Source: Limisphaerales bacterium (GTDB taxonomy: Bacteria; Patescibacteriota; JACMRA01). Taken from it: a stretch of 64,000 nt of DNA. Positions 54,848 to 64,000 of the stretch are shown one piece after another. The stretch's first letter is position 1. Every line of letters starts with the position of its first letter. The position numbers and the translations under genes were made by a program. The DNA lies in assembly GCA_044361365.1 (NCBI GenBank), contig JBIKIW010000002.1, forward strand, positions 137-64,136, read 5' to 3'. The notes beneath the pieces are model-generated. The model was given only the letters and a program-made list of their open reading frames with translations. It searched no databases and had not been told where the DNA came from.

Positions 54848-55963
54848 GTGACAAAACAAACTATTATGGAAACACGAGCAAATAGCCACAACCACACCCA
54901 AACTATAGAATTAAAACCTAAATTAGGAGGTTTTTTATTTAGCTACATTCTTTTTTCTCTTCCTGGATTTATTGCTGCTATAATTTGGTTAGTAATAACC
55001 ACAATCATTTTATTTACAATTGGAACTGCCTTACTTTTTTCTGGTAGTAGTCAACAAAATTCAGAACTTTTAGATTACAGCGTTGTCCGAAAAGGAGAAA
55101 CTAAAAATACCGTTTTGATTTATGATTTGAGTGGTCCAATTACTTCTTCTAATGATTCTGGCTTGACTGCTGGAACTCGCCAGCAAATCATCACCTCTTT
55201 GGTTGAAAAAGATTTCCGAAGCATCAAGGAAGACAAAAATATTAAAAATGTAGTTTTTAGAGTAAATACTCCTGGGGGTGAAGTTGGAGCTTCCAAAGTT
55301 TTAGGAGATATGATTGGGGATTTAAAAAATCATTTTAACCAAAAAGAAGCTGTCTTTTATTTCGATTCAGTCGCTGCTAGTGGAGGACTTTTAGCTGCCT
55401 ACAAAAACCCAAACTACATTGTTGGTTCACCTTATGGAGAAACTGGATCAATAGGAGTAATTTTACATCTTCCAAACTTCAAAGAAACTGCCGATAAAAT
55501 TGGTTATAAAGAAACCGTCATCAAATCCAGTGACAGCAAAGATATTGGAAATCCACTTCGAGATCCAACTAATAAAGAAATTGCTTATTTTCAGTCTCAA
55601 ATAGATAGGGAGTTTAAAGATTTCAAACAAACTGTAGCTACAGGTCGTAATTTGGATTCCAAAAAAGTCGATGAATTTTCTAACGGTTATACTTATTTCA
55701 ACGATGAAGCTAGGAATCTTGGATTAATCGACAGAGTAGGTAATCTAGATATTGCAACAGCCAAAGCCGCTGAAAATGCTGGTATTTCTAGTAATTATCA
55801 AGTTGTAGAAGTGAAACAAACTAGTTCCATCCTTGGTGGGCTTTTTGCTGATAGTTATTTATCTGATATTTTATCTATCTCCAAGGCTGCTTCTAAAGTA
55901 GCTGACAGAAGTACTTTCTTTCAATCTGGCACAATGTACGCTGTAGACGAATATAAAATTTAA
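54848..55963 (+). CDS. sppA: Signal peptide peptidase SppA (S49 family)
   Basis: N-terminal TM segment, VVFRVNTPGGEVGAS, and VAASGG (catalytic Ser region). Confidence 0.7.
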   Translation: MTKQTIMETRANSHNHTQTIELKPKLGGFLFSYILFSLPGFIAAIIWLVITTIILFTIGTALLFSGSSQQNSELLDYSVVRKGETKNTVLIYDLSGPITSSNDSGLTAGTRQQIITSLVEKDFRSIKEDKNIKNVVFRVNTPGGEVGASKVLGDMIGDLKNHFNQKEAVFYFDSVAASGGLLAAYKNPNYIVGSPYGETGSIGVILHLPNFKETADKIGYKETVIKSSDSKDIGNPLRDPTNKEIAYFQSQIDREFKDFKQTVATGRNLDSKKVDEFSNGYTYFNDEARNLGLIDRVGNLDIATAKAAENAGISSNYQVVEVKQTSSILGGLFADSYLSDILSISKAASKVADRSTFFQSGTMYAVDEYKI

Positions 55964-55975
55964 TCTATCTAGAAT

Positions 55976-56728
55976 ATGTTCCCAACAATCATGCTGATGT
56001 TCTCAGTTTTTACTGGCTTGTCTTTAAATATCAACCTAGCCCCAGTTTTGATAGAAAAGCAAGCTCTAAACATCGATCAAAGTTTAACCAAAGAATTCGT
56101 TTATATCGATGATTCAACTAAAACCATCAAAATATCTTCACCTAAACCACCAGAAATAAAACCTGTAGTTTTGGAAGTAAAGCCGATTAATCAAGCTCCA
56201 GCCTTACAAACTGAAACTAAAAATACTCCAGAAGTTCCAAAACCAGAGACAAAAGAAGAATCAATCAATGGTTATACTCTTACCATATCCAAAATTGGCT
56301 TAAATAAAGTATATTTTGCCCCTGCCACTATGCGGAATATGCCAAACTTAGAGTCGCAAATGCACTACTCTCCAGTTTGGGAATCTGGGCTAAGTGTTGA
56401 ACCTTGCTCAGATGCTGGAAATAGCTATTTAATGGGACATTCTGAGCCTGCTTCAGGTGGGCAAGTTTTGCCAGGAGACAACATCTTTACAAGTCTAAAT
56501 TTGTTAGCTCCTGGAGATTTGATCAAAATTCAAACTCCTACAACCAAATGCAGCTACCAAGTAACAGGTTGGGATAAAATTGTTACTGGGCCAAATGATA
56601 GCGTAAGCAAAGAAGAGTTTAATAGGGCTTTATATCCAGCTTCAAATGGTGGAATGCTTAGTATTCAAACCTGCCAAAAAGGATCTACAACTGTTAGACT
56701 AATTTTGAGAGCTGAAAAGGTTGCTTAG
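55976..56728 (+). CDS. Sortase family transpeptidase
   Basis: YLMGHSEP (His), GDLIKIQT, LSIQTCQ (TLxTC-like Cys), VRLILRAE (Arg). Confidence 0.6.
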   Translation: MFPTIMLMFSVFTGLSLNINLAPVLIEKQALNIDQSLTKEFVYIDDSTKTIKISSPKPPEIKPVVLEVKPINQAPALQTETKNTPEVPKPETKEESINGYTLTISKIGLNKVYFAPATMRNMPNLESQMHYSPVWESGLSVEPCSDAGNSYLMGHSEPASGGQVLPGDNIFTSLNLLAPGDLIKIQTPTTKCSYQVTGWDKIVTGPNDSVSKEEFNRALYPASNGGMLSIQTCQKGSTTVRLILRAEKVA

Positions 56729-56745
56729 GTTTTTGTAGTTTATTT

Positions 56746-57255
56746 TCAAGAAAAGTTAATAGAGCTATCTACAACTTTCATATCCTTATTATACAAAAAA
56801 TCAGCTTTGAATCTACCTCCTTTCAAGATTAAGTTTACCCAAAATTTATAGCCATCCCACATATTCTCCAAAGGTAAATTACTTGCCTCAAACCATTTTG
56901 GGTATATCTCATCACTTTCTTTAGGTTCGTTTTGCCATTTCTTAGCAATAAAAACTACGACATTTTGGCTTGAACTTGCCATACCAGAATTGATTGAAAA
57001 AAAGAAATTAATTTCAGCTAATTGTATCAAGTCTTTTTCCTCAACCAACACTCCAATTTCTTCTAAAACCTCCCTTTTAGCAGTTTGCTGGATTGTTTCA
57101 CCTTTTTCCTGTTTACCCCCAATTCCTAACCACTTCCCAACTCCAAATCCAGATTTCTTTTGACCTAGTAAAATTTTATCGCCTTCCAATAAAAATACCA
57201 GGCTTCTTTTTTTAAGAACCTCTGCAAAGTCTTTTTTATAATCTGCAACCGTCAC
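56746..57255 (-). CDS. Nudix hydrolase (MutT-like)
   Basis: Nudix box GGKQEKGETIQQTAKREVLEEIGV. Confidence 0.75.
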   Translation of the reverse strand: MTVADYKKDFAEVLKKRSLVFLLEGDKILLGQKKSGFGVGKWLGIGGKQEKGETIQQTAKREVLEEIGVLVEEKDLIQLAEINFFFSINSGMASSSQNVVVFIAKKWQNEPKESDEIYPKWFEASNLPLENMWDGYKFWVNLILKGGRFKADFLYNKDMKVVDSSINFS

Positions 57256-57270
57256 CAGCCTTATTAAGAT

Positions 57271-58785
57271 TTACTTCTCCACTTTTTTGCTCGCCGCTTT
57301 TTTAGCTTTTGGTTTCACTTCTTTTGCTTCAACTTCTACAACTTCAGTTTCTTTTTTGACTAAGGTTTTAGCTTTTGATTTGATTTCACCACCTTCAGAC
57401 ACAAATTTTACTTGGCTAGCGATCCAGTTAAAAGCTTTTTCTCGTAACAATCTGTCGTAGGCAACATCGATAGCTTTCCCATTAGCAACTTCTGCTTGGC
57501 TCACATTGTATTTGGCTGGATCCGCTTCAATAGCATTTTTGAAGTCCTGAACTTCTTTATCCTCAATTTTTGGCTCAACTAAAGTGTAATAAACATAGCG
57601 AAGAATTTCTACTAGTTTAAATTCGGTAGTTACATATTCCTCAATCTTCCCTCGTACATCGTTGTCGGTTTTCACCTTATCCTCACTTCCAGGTAGTCCA
57701 GAAGCAGCAAAAGCATCTTTTAGAGAAGTTTTAGTTTCCAAGGTTCTAGCATTTAAAACCTGTAAAATTCTTTCTACTTCAGCTTCAAAGCTACTTTTTG
57801 GTAATTGGAATTTAGGTACAACTTTAACTACTTCTTCGATAATTATCCTTCTTTTTAGATTTCTGAGTAACTGCTCAGTCTCTTGATCATAAACTCTTTT
57901 AACCAAATTTTTGAAATCTTCTTCTTTTCCAAATTGTTTTTTAGCTTCAGCTGAATTTTCTAAAACCTCTGCAACTGTGCTAAATTCTGCTTCCAAAACC
58001 TCCAAAACCTTAATTTTGAAGTGGAATTTTTGATTTCCTTGACCTGTAATTTCTAATTTTAGATCAAACTCTTTTTCATCACCTGCTTTTAAACCAATTA
58101 AATTCTTTTCAAATTCTGGCGGAAAACGATTTTCTCCTAAATTAATACTAGCATTTTTACTTTCTTTTGGTTCTTCCTTTTTAGCATCTTTGTCTTTCTT
58201 ATCAGCGACAACTTCTTCCACTATATCAGCTGTAATTCTGGAATTTTCTTTAATTTTGGACTTGGCTGGTTTGTAATTGTTATAGCTAGAAACCAAAGCG
58301 TTTGACTCTTGCTTAAAATATTCATCAAAATCAACTCTTTCAGGAATTTGATCAGCAGTTGGAGCTTTTAATTCTAGTTTAGAAACTGGCTTGGTATCAA
58401 CATCAGCCAAAAGCAAAATTGAAATTCTGAATTGGAAACCTTCTTCAGTTTCTTTGGTAAATTCTTCACCATCTTCTAGTTTAGAAGTACCAAAAATTGC
58501 CACACGGTTCTTTTCAACCAGTTCTTTTTCAATTTCTGGGCGAACTTCACCATAGAATTTTTCTACAGACTCTTGTAAAAGTGTGCTTTGTAATCTATTT
58601 GGATCAACTTTTTGAAGTGCCATTTCTCTTGGAGCTTTGCCTTTACGGAAGCCTTTAACCTCAACACTTTTGAGTAATTGGTCCAAAACTCTTGCTTGGT
58701 AAAGTTGATATTCTTCTTTTTCTGCCAAACAATCTACAACATATTTGAGATCTTTGGTGATTTCTGATTTTAAGATACGAGCCAT
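57271..58785 (-). CDS. tig: Trigger factor
   Basis: The ribosome-binding motif VKGFRKGKAPREM, plus overall length and an acidic/Lys-rich composition. Confidence 0.8.
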   Translation of the reverse strand: MARILKSEITKDLKYVVDCLAEKEEYQLYQARVLDQLLKSVEVKGFRKGKAPREMALQKVDPNRLQSTLLQESVEKFYGEVRPEIEKELVEKNRVAIFGTSKLEDGEEFTKETEEGFQFRISILLLADVDTKPVSKLELKAPTADQIPERVDFDEYFKQESNALVSSYNNYKPAKSKIKENSRITADIVEEVVADKKDKDAKKEEPKESKNASINLGENRFPPEFEKNLIGLKAGDEKEFDLKLEITGQGNQKFHFKIKVLEVLEAEFSTVAEVLENSAEAKKQFGKEEDFKNLVKRVYDQETEQLLRNLKRRIIIEEVVKVVPKFQLPKSSFEAEVERILQVLNARTLETKTSLKDAFAASGLPGSEDKVKTDNDVRGKIEEYVTTEFKLVEILRYVYYTLVEPKIEDKEVQDFKNAIEADPAKYNVSQAEVANGKAIDVAYDRLLREKAFNWIASQVKFVSEGGEIKSKAKTLVKKETEVVEVEAKEVKPKAKKAASKKVEK

Positions 58786-58853
58786 AAATAGATCAATTTG
58801 AGCTTTTTTACAGGCTTTTTGTCAAGAAGATAAGTTTGTATTTGGCTGTAAGT

Positions 58854-59747
58854 ATGCCTGAATTACCAGAAGTTGAAAGTCTAAGACGAAGTTTACTGCC
58901 TTTTGTAATTGGTCAAAAGATCAAAAAAGTTACGGTTTTATTGCCCAAACTAGTTTCTGGAAAAGGAACCAAAAGAGAAGCTTCCAAAACAAAACACCGC
59001 GAATTTGTATTGGGCTTGGAGGGGAAAACTATTAAACAAATTGAACGCAGAGCTAAAAATTTAATATTCAAATTAAGCGATGGTGGAATTTTACTAGTTC
59101 ATCTTAAAATGACTGGGCAGTTGGCTTTTAAAGGTAAGAAAAATCTAGTCGTCGGAGGTCACCCAATTCAAGAGTCAGAGGCAAAACTTCCTAATAAACA
59201 CAGCTATATAACTTTTGAACTATCTAATGGAAATTTATACTATAATGACGTAAGGCAATTTGGGTATGTGTTGTATTTCAAAAATCAGCTTGCTTTGGAT
59301 AACGAAAAACACTTTGAAAAACTTGGAGTCGAGCCACTTTCGGAGGATTTTACCTTAGCTTATTTCAAAAAAACCTTACCTAAAAAGTCTGGAGTGATCA
59401 AAAAAGTTCTGTTAGATCAAGAAATTGTAGTTGGACTTGGTAATATTTACGCCGACGAAAGTCTGTTTACTGCCAAAATTTTACCTACTCGTAGGGCTTC
59501 TAGTCTCAAACCCAAAGAAATTGAAAATCTATACAATGCTATCACCAAAATTATGCTCAGAGCTGTAGAATTAGGGGGTTCGTCAGTTGCAAATTATATT
59601 ATGGCAGATGGAAAGCGAGGCACTTTTGCCAGGGAGCATAAAGTTTACAAACGAGCCGGAAAACCTTGCTTGATTTGTGGAAATACGCTTCAGAAGTCAG
59701 TTGTGGCAGCTAGAACTACTGTGTTTTGTAAAGTGTGCCAGAAGTAA
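58854..59747 (+). CDS. mutM: Formamidopyrimidine-DNA glycosylase
   Basis: MPELPEVE N-terminus, H2TH region, and C-terminal zinc finger CLICGNTL...FCKVCQ. Confidence 0.9.
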   Translation: MPELPEVESLRRSLLPFVIGQKIKKVTVLLPKLVSGKGTKREASKTKHREFVLGLEGKTIKQIERRAKNLIFKLSDGGILLVHLKMTGQLAFKGKKNLVVGGHPIQESEAKLPNKHSYITFELSNGNLYYNDVRQFGYVLYFKNQLALDNEKHFEKLGVEPLSEDFTLAYFKKTLPKKSGVIKKVLLDQEIVVGLGNIYADESLFTAKILPTRRASSLKPKEIENLYNAITKIMLRAVELGGSSVANYIMADGKRGTFAREHKVYKRAGKPCLICGNTLQKSVVAARTTVFCKVCQK

Positions 59748-59781
59748 AGCCTTGCTTCTAGAATTTATTTAATAAAATAAT

Positions 59782-60234
59782 ATGCTAATTTCTAAAGAAA
59801 AAAACTTCAGACTCCGACCTTTTTGTGCTGTTTATTTGATTCTTGTTAATGAGAAAAATCAAGTACTTTTACTTCGCAGATACAACACTGGATATAAAGA
59901 TGGTTTTTACAGCTTACCTGCAGGACATATTGAAAAAAATGAAACTCCTACAGTTGCAGTTTGTCGTGAGACCTTAGAAGAAATAAATATTCAGCCTTTG
60001 GATCTAAAATTTGTCACTTCAATGTATCGCTTGCCCGAAAATATAGAAGAGCGAACATATGTAGAGTTTTTCTTTGCCGCTAAAAAATACTCAGGTAAAA
60101 TTCAGAACTTAGAACCTAATAAATGTGATAATCTAGATTGGTTTGATTTAGATAAATTACCAAAAAATATAATACCTTATATTGATAAAGCTTTAAGAAA
60201 TTACAAAAACTTAATTTATTTTTCTGAGACTTAA
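59782..60234 (+). CDS. Nudix hydrolase
   Basis: Nudix box PAGHIEKNETPTVAVCRETLEEINI. Confidence 0.7.
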   Translation: MLISKEKNFRLRPFCAVYLILVNEKNQVLLLRRYNTGYKDGFYSLPAGHIEKNETPTVAVCRETLEEINIQPLDLKFVTSMYRLPENIEERTYVEFFFAAKKYSGKIQNLEPNKCDNLDWFDLDKLPKNIIPYIDKALRNYKNLIYFSET

Positions 60235-60240
60235 TAAATC

Positions 60241-60912
60241 CTAAAAATAATCCACCGCTGAAGCTGGACCATCTTCATTTAACTTCAATTCGCTTATAAT
60301 ATCTTCTTCTAAAGCTTCATTGATATCGTCTTGGCTAGAAATAGTTGGTTTTTCACTTTCATCTGTGGCTCTAACTACCGCAATAAATGCTCCCCAAGTT
60401 GGTGTGGTGTCTTTTGGAACATAAAGTGCTACTTCATCTCCAGGTTTTAGCCCTAGATTTTTAATGGCGTAAGTTGCACTGGCTTTTAGAATCTTGATTG
60501 GAGCGGGATATTCATCAACAAGAACTACATAATTATCACCTTCAATATTAAATGTACCGGTAACTCTCTGTCTAGCTGCTGGTTGAATTAACTTGAAAAT
60601 ATCTCTATCGTTAGTTAAAATCCATTTCATCCTATCTCCAACGATGAGCTGAGTTTTACTAGCGTAGTTTTGAGGGACTGGGTAAATTTGACCATTGTCT
60701 CCAACCATACTTTCTCCATCAAAGTAACCTTCTTGAACCTCAAGTGAAGTCTCTTCCTCTCTGCTTTTAGAGCCAGTTGTTTTGGTTGAAGGGGATAAAG
60801 TTAAGCCTTTTTCTTGGCTTAATTGTAAAATTAAATTTTGAGCATTTTTTAGATTTGTTTCTGCTACTTGGATTAAACTTAAGACAGTTTCCAATTTTTT
60901 GGCTGATGACAT
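60241..60912 (-). CDS. Hypothetical protein (223 aa)
   Basis: Long ORF with normal composition; no motif recognised. Confidence 0.45.
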   Translation of the reverse strand: MSSAKKLETVLSLIQVAETNLKNAQNLILQLSQEKGLTLSPSTKTTGSKSREEETSLEVQEGYFDGESMVGDNGQIYPVPQNYASKTQLIVGDRMKWILTNDRDIFKLIQPAARQRVTGTFNIEGDNYVVLVDEYPAPIKILKASATYAIKNLGLKPGDEVALYVPKDTTPTWGAFIAVVRATDESEKPTISSQDDINEALEEDIISELKLNEDGPASAVDYF

Positions 60913-61046
60913 ATTTTTGTTAAAACGATTTATTTTTTAGCAGTTTTTGTATTTTGTGTCAATCAAATTTTCTAATTGAAGCAAATGAAACTACGAATAG
61001 CATTGTATTTTAAGAACACTTTTTATACAAGGCTTGTCTTTATTAT

Positions 61047-61171
61047 AGCTAAACCAATATTAAAATAGACACTTGTCTGCGGAACTCGCCGCACTATTAT
61101 CCTAAATTCAGTAAGACTTTAAAACTCAGACAGTCCTCGCCTTCGTTGTCTACTTTAAATATGTTTTAGCT
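61047..61171 (-). mobile_element. MITE-like element, family B, copy 3
   Basis: agctaaaccaatattaaaatagacacttgtctgcgg...cagtcctcgccttcgttgtctactttaaatatgttttagct. Confidence 0.7.
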
Positions 61172-61442
61172 ATATACAATAAATACCCACCTAATAATCA
61201 ATTTTTACAAACCCAATCAATCATCGTTTAGGATTAAGAGAATTCTAAAAAATATAAAAACTATTAAATTTACCCTGAGAAACTATCACATTATAATAAT
61301 AAATTTCTCTTATTGATTCCAACTTTGAATTGAAACTATCAGTAAAAATGCTTTTTACACATTTTTTATTAAATTTGTATAGAAATTCATGGCTTTTAAA
61401 GCCGAAATTAATCAGCTTTTTGAGTTAACTACAAAATATTTC

Positions 61443-61471
61443 TTGACATAATAATTTTTTTTCTTTAAATT
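61443..61471 (+). promoter_or_regulatory. Sigma-70-like promoter candidate
   Basis: TTGACA (61443-61448), 17-nt spacer, TAAATT (61466-61471). Confidence 0.35.
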
Positions 61472-61477
61472 ATAGGA

Positions 61478-61748
61478 GTTGATCAATTCAACTGTTTATA
61501 CAGCTATCGTTTCTATCCAAACTCTGATTCAGGTAGAGAAGCAAGTTTTCTAAATTAATTAGAAATTTTACTTTTCTGCCTGGATCTCTAGATAATCTTC
61601 GGTTCGTTGGGAACTGGATTATCGCCTATACACTAAAATAAAAAAATACTTACAAAAAACAAAAAGTATATAAAACAAAAATAAAAATTATAGATTTGGG
61701 TAGAAACCCCAACTTCCTTCTGGGGGTAACTGCCTACATATTTTTTTT
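61478..61748 (+). ncRNA. Candidate structured RNA (unknown class), or a long structured leader of the VOC gene
   Basis: A 16-bp stem pairs 61526-61541 with 61571-61586 and includes three G-U pairs, so it is valid only on the plus strand. A nested hairpin lies at 61591-61623 (gataatc/gattatc enclosing cggttc/gaactg). A terminator-like hairpin at 61699-61734 is followed by T x8. Confidence 0.35.
61699..61748 (+). terminator. Intrinsic terminator candidate (a second, weaker one lies at 61757-61783)
   Basis: ggtag...cccca-acttccttc-tgggg...ctgcc, then tacata and T x8. Confidence 0.5.
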
Positions 61749-61850
61749 CTAATTTTGGGGCGTACGTTACTCCCTATTTTTTTGCCTAAAATATACTAAA
61801 AAGAAGGTTTTCATTGTAATATAAAGCATAATTAAAATAATAATATAAAC

Positions 61851-62219
61851 ATGCCGACACTCGGACCAATTATAATTGGAGTTAAGAATATAGATTTAGC
61901 TTTAGACTTTTATATTAATGTATTTGAAATAAAAGTAGATTCTAGAAGTGAAAATTATCTTAGTGCTTATTTAAGCGATACACATATTGAACTTGAAGAA
62001 GATTCTCCAAATAGATTTCCTAATTGGGCTAAAAACAATATAGGAACTTATAAAAACTCAGAATTTATCGTGGAAGATATTAATACATTTATCGCAAAAG
62101 TATCTAAATATGGTGGAAGAGTTGTTAGTAAACCAAAAGACACGCCCTGGGGTTCTAAAATTACTGAAATTGCTGATATCGATGGTAATATATTTCTAAT
62201 TAGTTCAGCAAAGATTTAA
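61851..62219 (+). CDS. Glyoxalase/bleomycin-resistance (VOC) family protein
   Basis: IIIGVKNIDLALDFYINVFEIKV...PWGSKITEIADIDGNIFLI is a typical VOC beta-alpha-beta-beta-beta pattern. Confidence 0.65.
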   Translation: MPTLGPIIIGVKNIDLALDFYINVFEIKVDSRSENYLSAYLSDTHIELEEDSPNRFPNWAKNNIGTYKNSEFIVEDINTFIAKVSKYGGRVVSKPKDTPWGSKITEIADIDGNIFLISSAKI

Positions 62220-62248
62220 AAAACATTTTAGCTATAACCTACAAATAC

Positions 62249-62368
62249 AGCTAAATCATATTTAAAGTAGATAACGAAGGTGAGGACTGTTTGAGCTTTA
62301 AAGCCTTACTGAATTAGGAATATGTGATGATGCCCGCAGACAAGTGTTTAGTTTAATATTGGTTTAGA
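62249..62368 (+). mobile_element. MITE-like element, family B, copy 4
   Basis: agctaaatcatatttaaagtagataacgaaggtgaggactgtttgagctttaaagccttactgaattaggaatatgtgatgatgcccgcagacaagtgtttagtttaatattggtttaga. Confidence 0.7.
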
Positions 62369-62423
62369 TCTAAGTATTGTATTTGACGCTAAGCAAAAAG
62401 CACTCAAAGTCTGATTTAAACCA

Positions 62424-63857
62424 CTAGATACTGATAATTTCAGCTTCTACAGTTTCAACATCTATCTGAACAAACCCAGAAATTAACAAAACCCTCCAAA
62501 TAATCCAGTTTATAATAAATACAATCCAAGAAAAAATGAACCTGGTTAGAAATAACAATACTGCTACAGTAAGAGCAAAAATAGCGGGAATTATGCTAGT
62601 TAGAGGCACCAAAAGTAAAGACTTATCAATAAAACCACTATCTCCCTTTTCACTTTCAAATTCAGCAACTCTATTTAAATAAAATTTCTTGGTAATTTCT
62701 CGGTAATTGGTGATCGTTAGGGGTGTGTCTATAGTATAAGGGAGATCAGCATAGGCTTTTAGTCTCCATTGCTCGATCTTCTTATTAATTTCTTCTTTAA
62801 CCCTCTGATTACAGCCTTCTGAAATTGATCCAACATCGGTACACGAAGTTGCTCTATAATCTTGCTCTTCTTTTGTAGTTAAAACATCATTTGATTCGTA
62901 GTTATATTCTAAGAAAGTTCCAAAGGTTGCTTGCTTTTCGGTGTTTCCAGTTTTACTTTTAAATTCGTACATTATTTTCCCGGTACTAGCATCTTTATAA
63001 AAATTACCTGAAATCAAGAACTTATTAATCGAAACAGAGCTAGTTTTACCGATAAAAAGATTATCCATGATAAATTTATTATCGAAGACTACTGTACTTA
63101 AAAAAGGCTTGCTTCCTAAATTTTGGTTATCTTTCTGACCCTGCCAAAGAATAGAATTAAAAATACCCAAAGCCAATAATAAAGTTGTGGCAGTTAAAAT
63201 TATTCTAGTTGACTCACCAGTAATGTGAGAAATAGAAAATAAACGGCTACTAAGTTGAATTTTTTCTAATTCAGAATAAGCTAAAAAATAAAAAAGAATT
63301 GCAACTAAAGTAAAAAGCAAAGTAATTGGAGTAAAAGCCAAGCCCAAGAATGAGTTAGCAATAACAATCAACAAAGCTTGTCCAAGTAGAGCCAGCCAAA
63401 CATAACTACGATCAGCCACGATTATGAAGAAAAGATTAGTCATGGCAACCGATACCACCAAAGAGACTAAAGCAATTAATGGGTTATTGAAAAAATTAAA
63501 GGATGTTGTTATAAAAATTAAAAAACTACACAGTTGAAGAGCCAAAAAAATCATGGACTTTCGAAATACCCTACTTATTCCACCAGCTTCTTGCTTATCT
63601 TGTTTAAAAACTGAGCTTAAGAAATTTGGATTAAAATTATCCTCTTTTGGACCTTCTAGCGTTAGAACTTCTTCTTTGTTTGTGCTGGATTTTAAGCTTG
63701 GAATAGAGATTCTTTTGAACAAACTTTCAGTACTATTTTTTAAGTTATTATAGCCAAATGTTTCTTCGTTTTTTGAAGTGTCAGATCTTTTTTTAGTTTC
63801 TGATTGTTTTTTATCTAAATCTACAAAATTTAGCTTTCTAATTTCTTCTTTGGACAT
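62424..63857 (-). CDS. Polytopic membrane protein, hypothetical (477 aa)
   Basis: Charged N-terminal region, about 5 TM helices, a soluble loop domain, and 2 C-terminal TM helices. Confidence 0.5.
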   Translation of the reverse strand: MSKEEIRKLNFVDLDKKQSETKKRSDTSKNEETFGYNNLKNSTESLFKRISIPSLKSSTNKEEVLTLEGPKEDNFNPNFLSSVFKQDKQEAGGISRVFRKSMIFLALQLCSFLIFITTSFNFFNNPLIALVSLVVSVAMTNLFFIIVADRSYVWLALLGQALLIVIANSFLGLAFTPITLLFTLVAILFYFLAYSELEKIQLSSRLFSISHITGESTRIILTATTLLLALGIFNSILWQGQKDNQNLGSKPFLSTVVFDNKFIMDNLFIGKTSSVSINKFLISGNFYKDASTGKIMYEFKSKTGNTEKQATFGTFLEYNYESNDVLTTKEEQDYRATSCTDVGSISEGCNQRVKEEINKKIEQWRLKAYADLPYTIDTPLTITNYREITKKFYLNRVAEFESEKGDSGFIDKSLLLVPLTSIIPAIFALTVAVLLFLTRFIFSWIVFIINWIIWRVLLISGFVQIDVETVEAEIISI

Positions 63858-64000
63858 ATAATTATTGGCACTGATTTAAAACTAAATTAACTTAGAGAAC
63901 TCTATCCTGTCAAACAATTGTACCCACCCACCGCATTTTGGAAAACTGATTGTTAAATAGAACAAATTCTAAAGGTGATTTAAGGTCAAGAGAAAAGTGA

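Noticed and set aside
1-64000. Alternative genetic code (UGA as sense, as in Gracilibacteria/Absconditabacteria).
   Set aside because: Conserved genes translate full length in the standard code, and several end at TGA at the expected position. Examples are the ATGA-coupled MTase and nuclease genes and the uvrC fragment.
1-64000. CRISPR arrays, rRNA genes, retron/reverse transcriptase genes, transposase genes.
   Set aside because: I saw no regularly spaced short direct repeats, no rRNA-like segments and no RT or transposase motifs. The only tandem repeats are the coding repeats at 1-1110 and the 33-bp duplication at 37801-37866.

Overview
This is a 64-kb window from a gene-dense, low-GC bacterial chromosome that uses the standard genetic code: long intact ORFs end in TGA, so UGA is not recoded. 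The gene content points to a Patescibacteria/CPR-like small genome, but this is inference only. That content includes many compact or truncated housekeeping genes, the GatB/GatC/tRNA-Gln route, a sortase, a PrgI-like protein, and mevalonate-pathway genes (mvk, idi). I support about 60 CDSs, mostly core functions: ABC exporter, M16 peptidase, adenylate kinase-like, mvk, mraY, bcp, hsp20, ruvB, gatB/gatC, metG, gatD, idi, clpP, ugd, rsmA, sppA, tig, mutM, Nudix hydrolases and GH10/GH18 enzymes.

The main accessory feature is a roughly 9.3-kb, visibly more A/T-rich block (about 8.8-18.1 kb) in which every ORF is on the minus strand. It abuts the 3' end of a tRNA-Gln(CUG). It encodes a large serine recombinase translationally coupled to a restriction-modification operon (two m5C methyltransferases flanking a PD-(D/E)xK-type nuclease). 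It also encodes an excisionase-like HTH, a rolling-circle-type Rep candidate, a SpoVG homolog and two proteins with no recognisable domain. Beyond these lie a 420-nt GC-richer structured noncoding region with a plus-strand intrinsic terminator, and a HEPN-motif (RNxxxxH) Abi-like protein. The module from the unknown proteins to the HEPN protein is my best candidate for something undescribed.

Other notable points:
- Two MITE-like repeat families are present, with about 3.5 and 4 copies, including a nested insertion of one inside the other.
- A cassette flanked by MITE-B copies carries a second structured-RNA candidate.
- A synthase-type GT2 gene next to ugd is interrupted at homopolymer tracts.
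- alaS and uvrC are stand-alone fragments.
- A 1369-aa Cys-rich polytopic protein contains a perfect 33-bp tandem duplication.
- A partial giant surface protein is built of tandem modules of about 115 aa.

No CRISPR array and no rRNA were seen. All domain calls come from motif recognition by eye, not from database searches.
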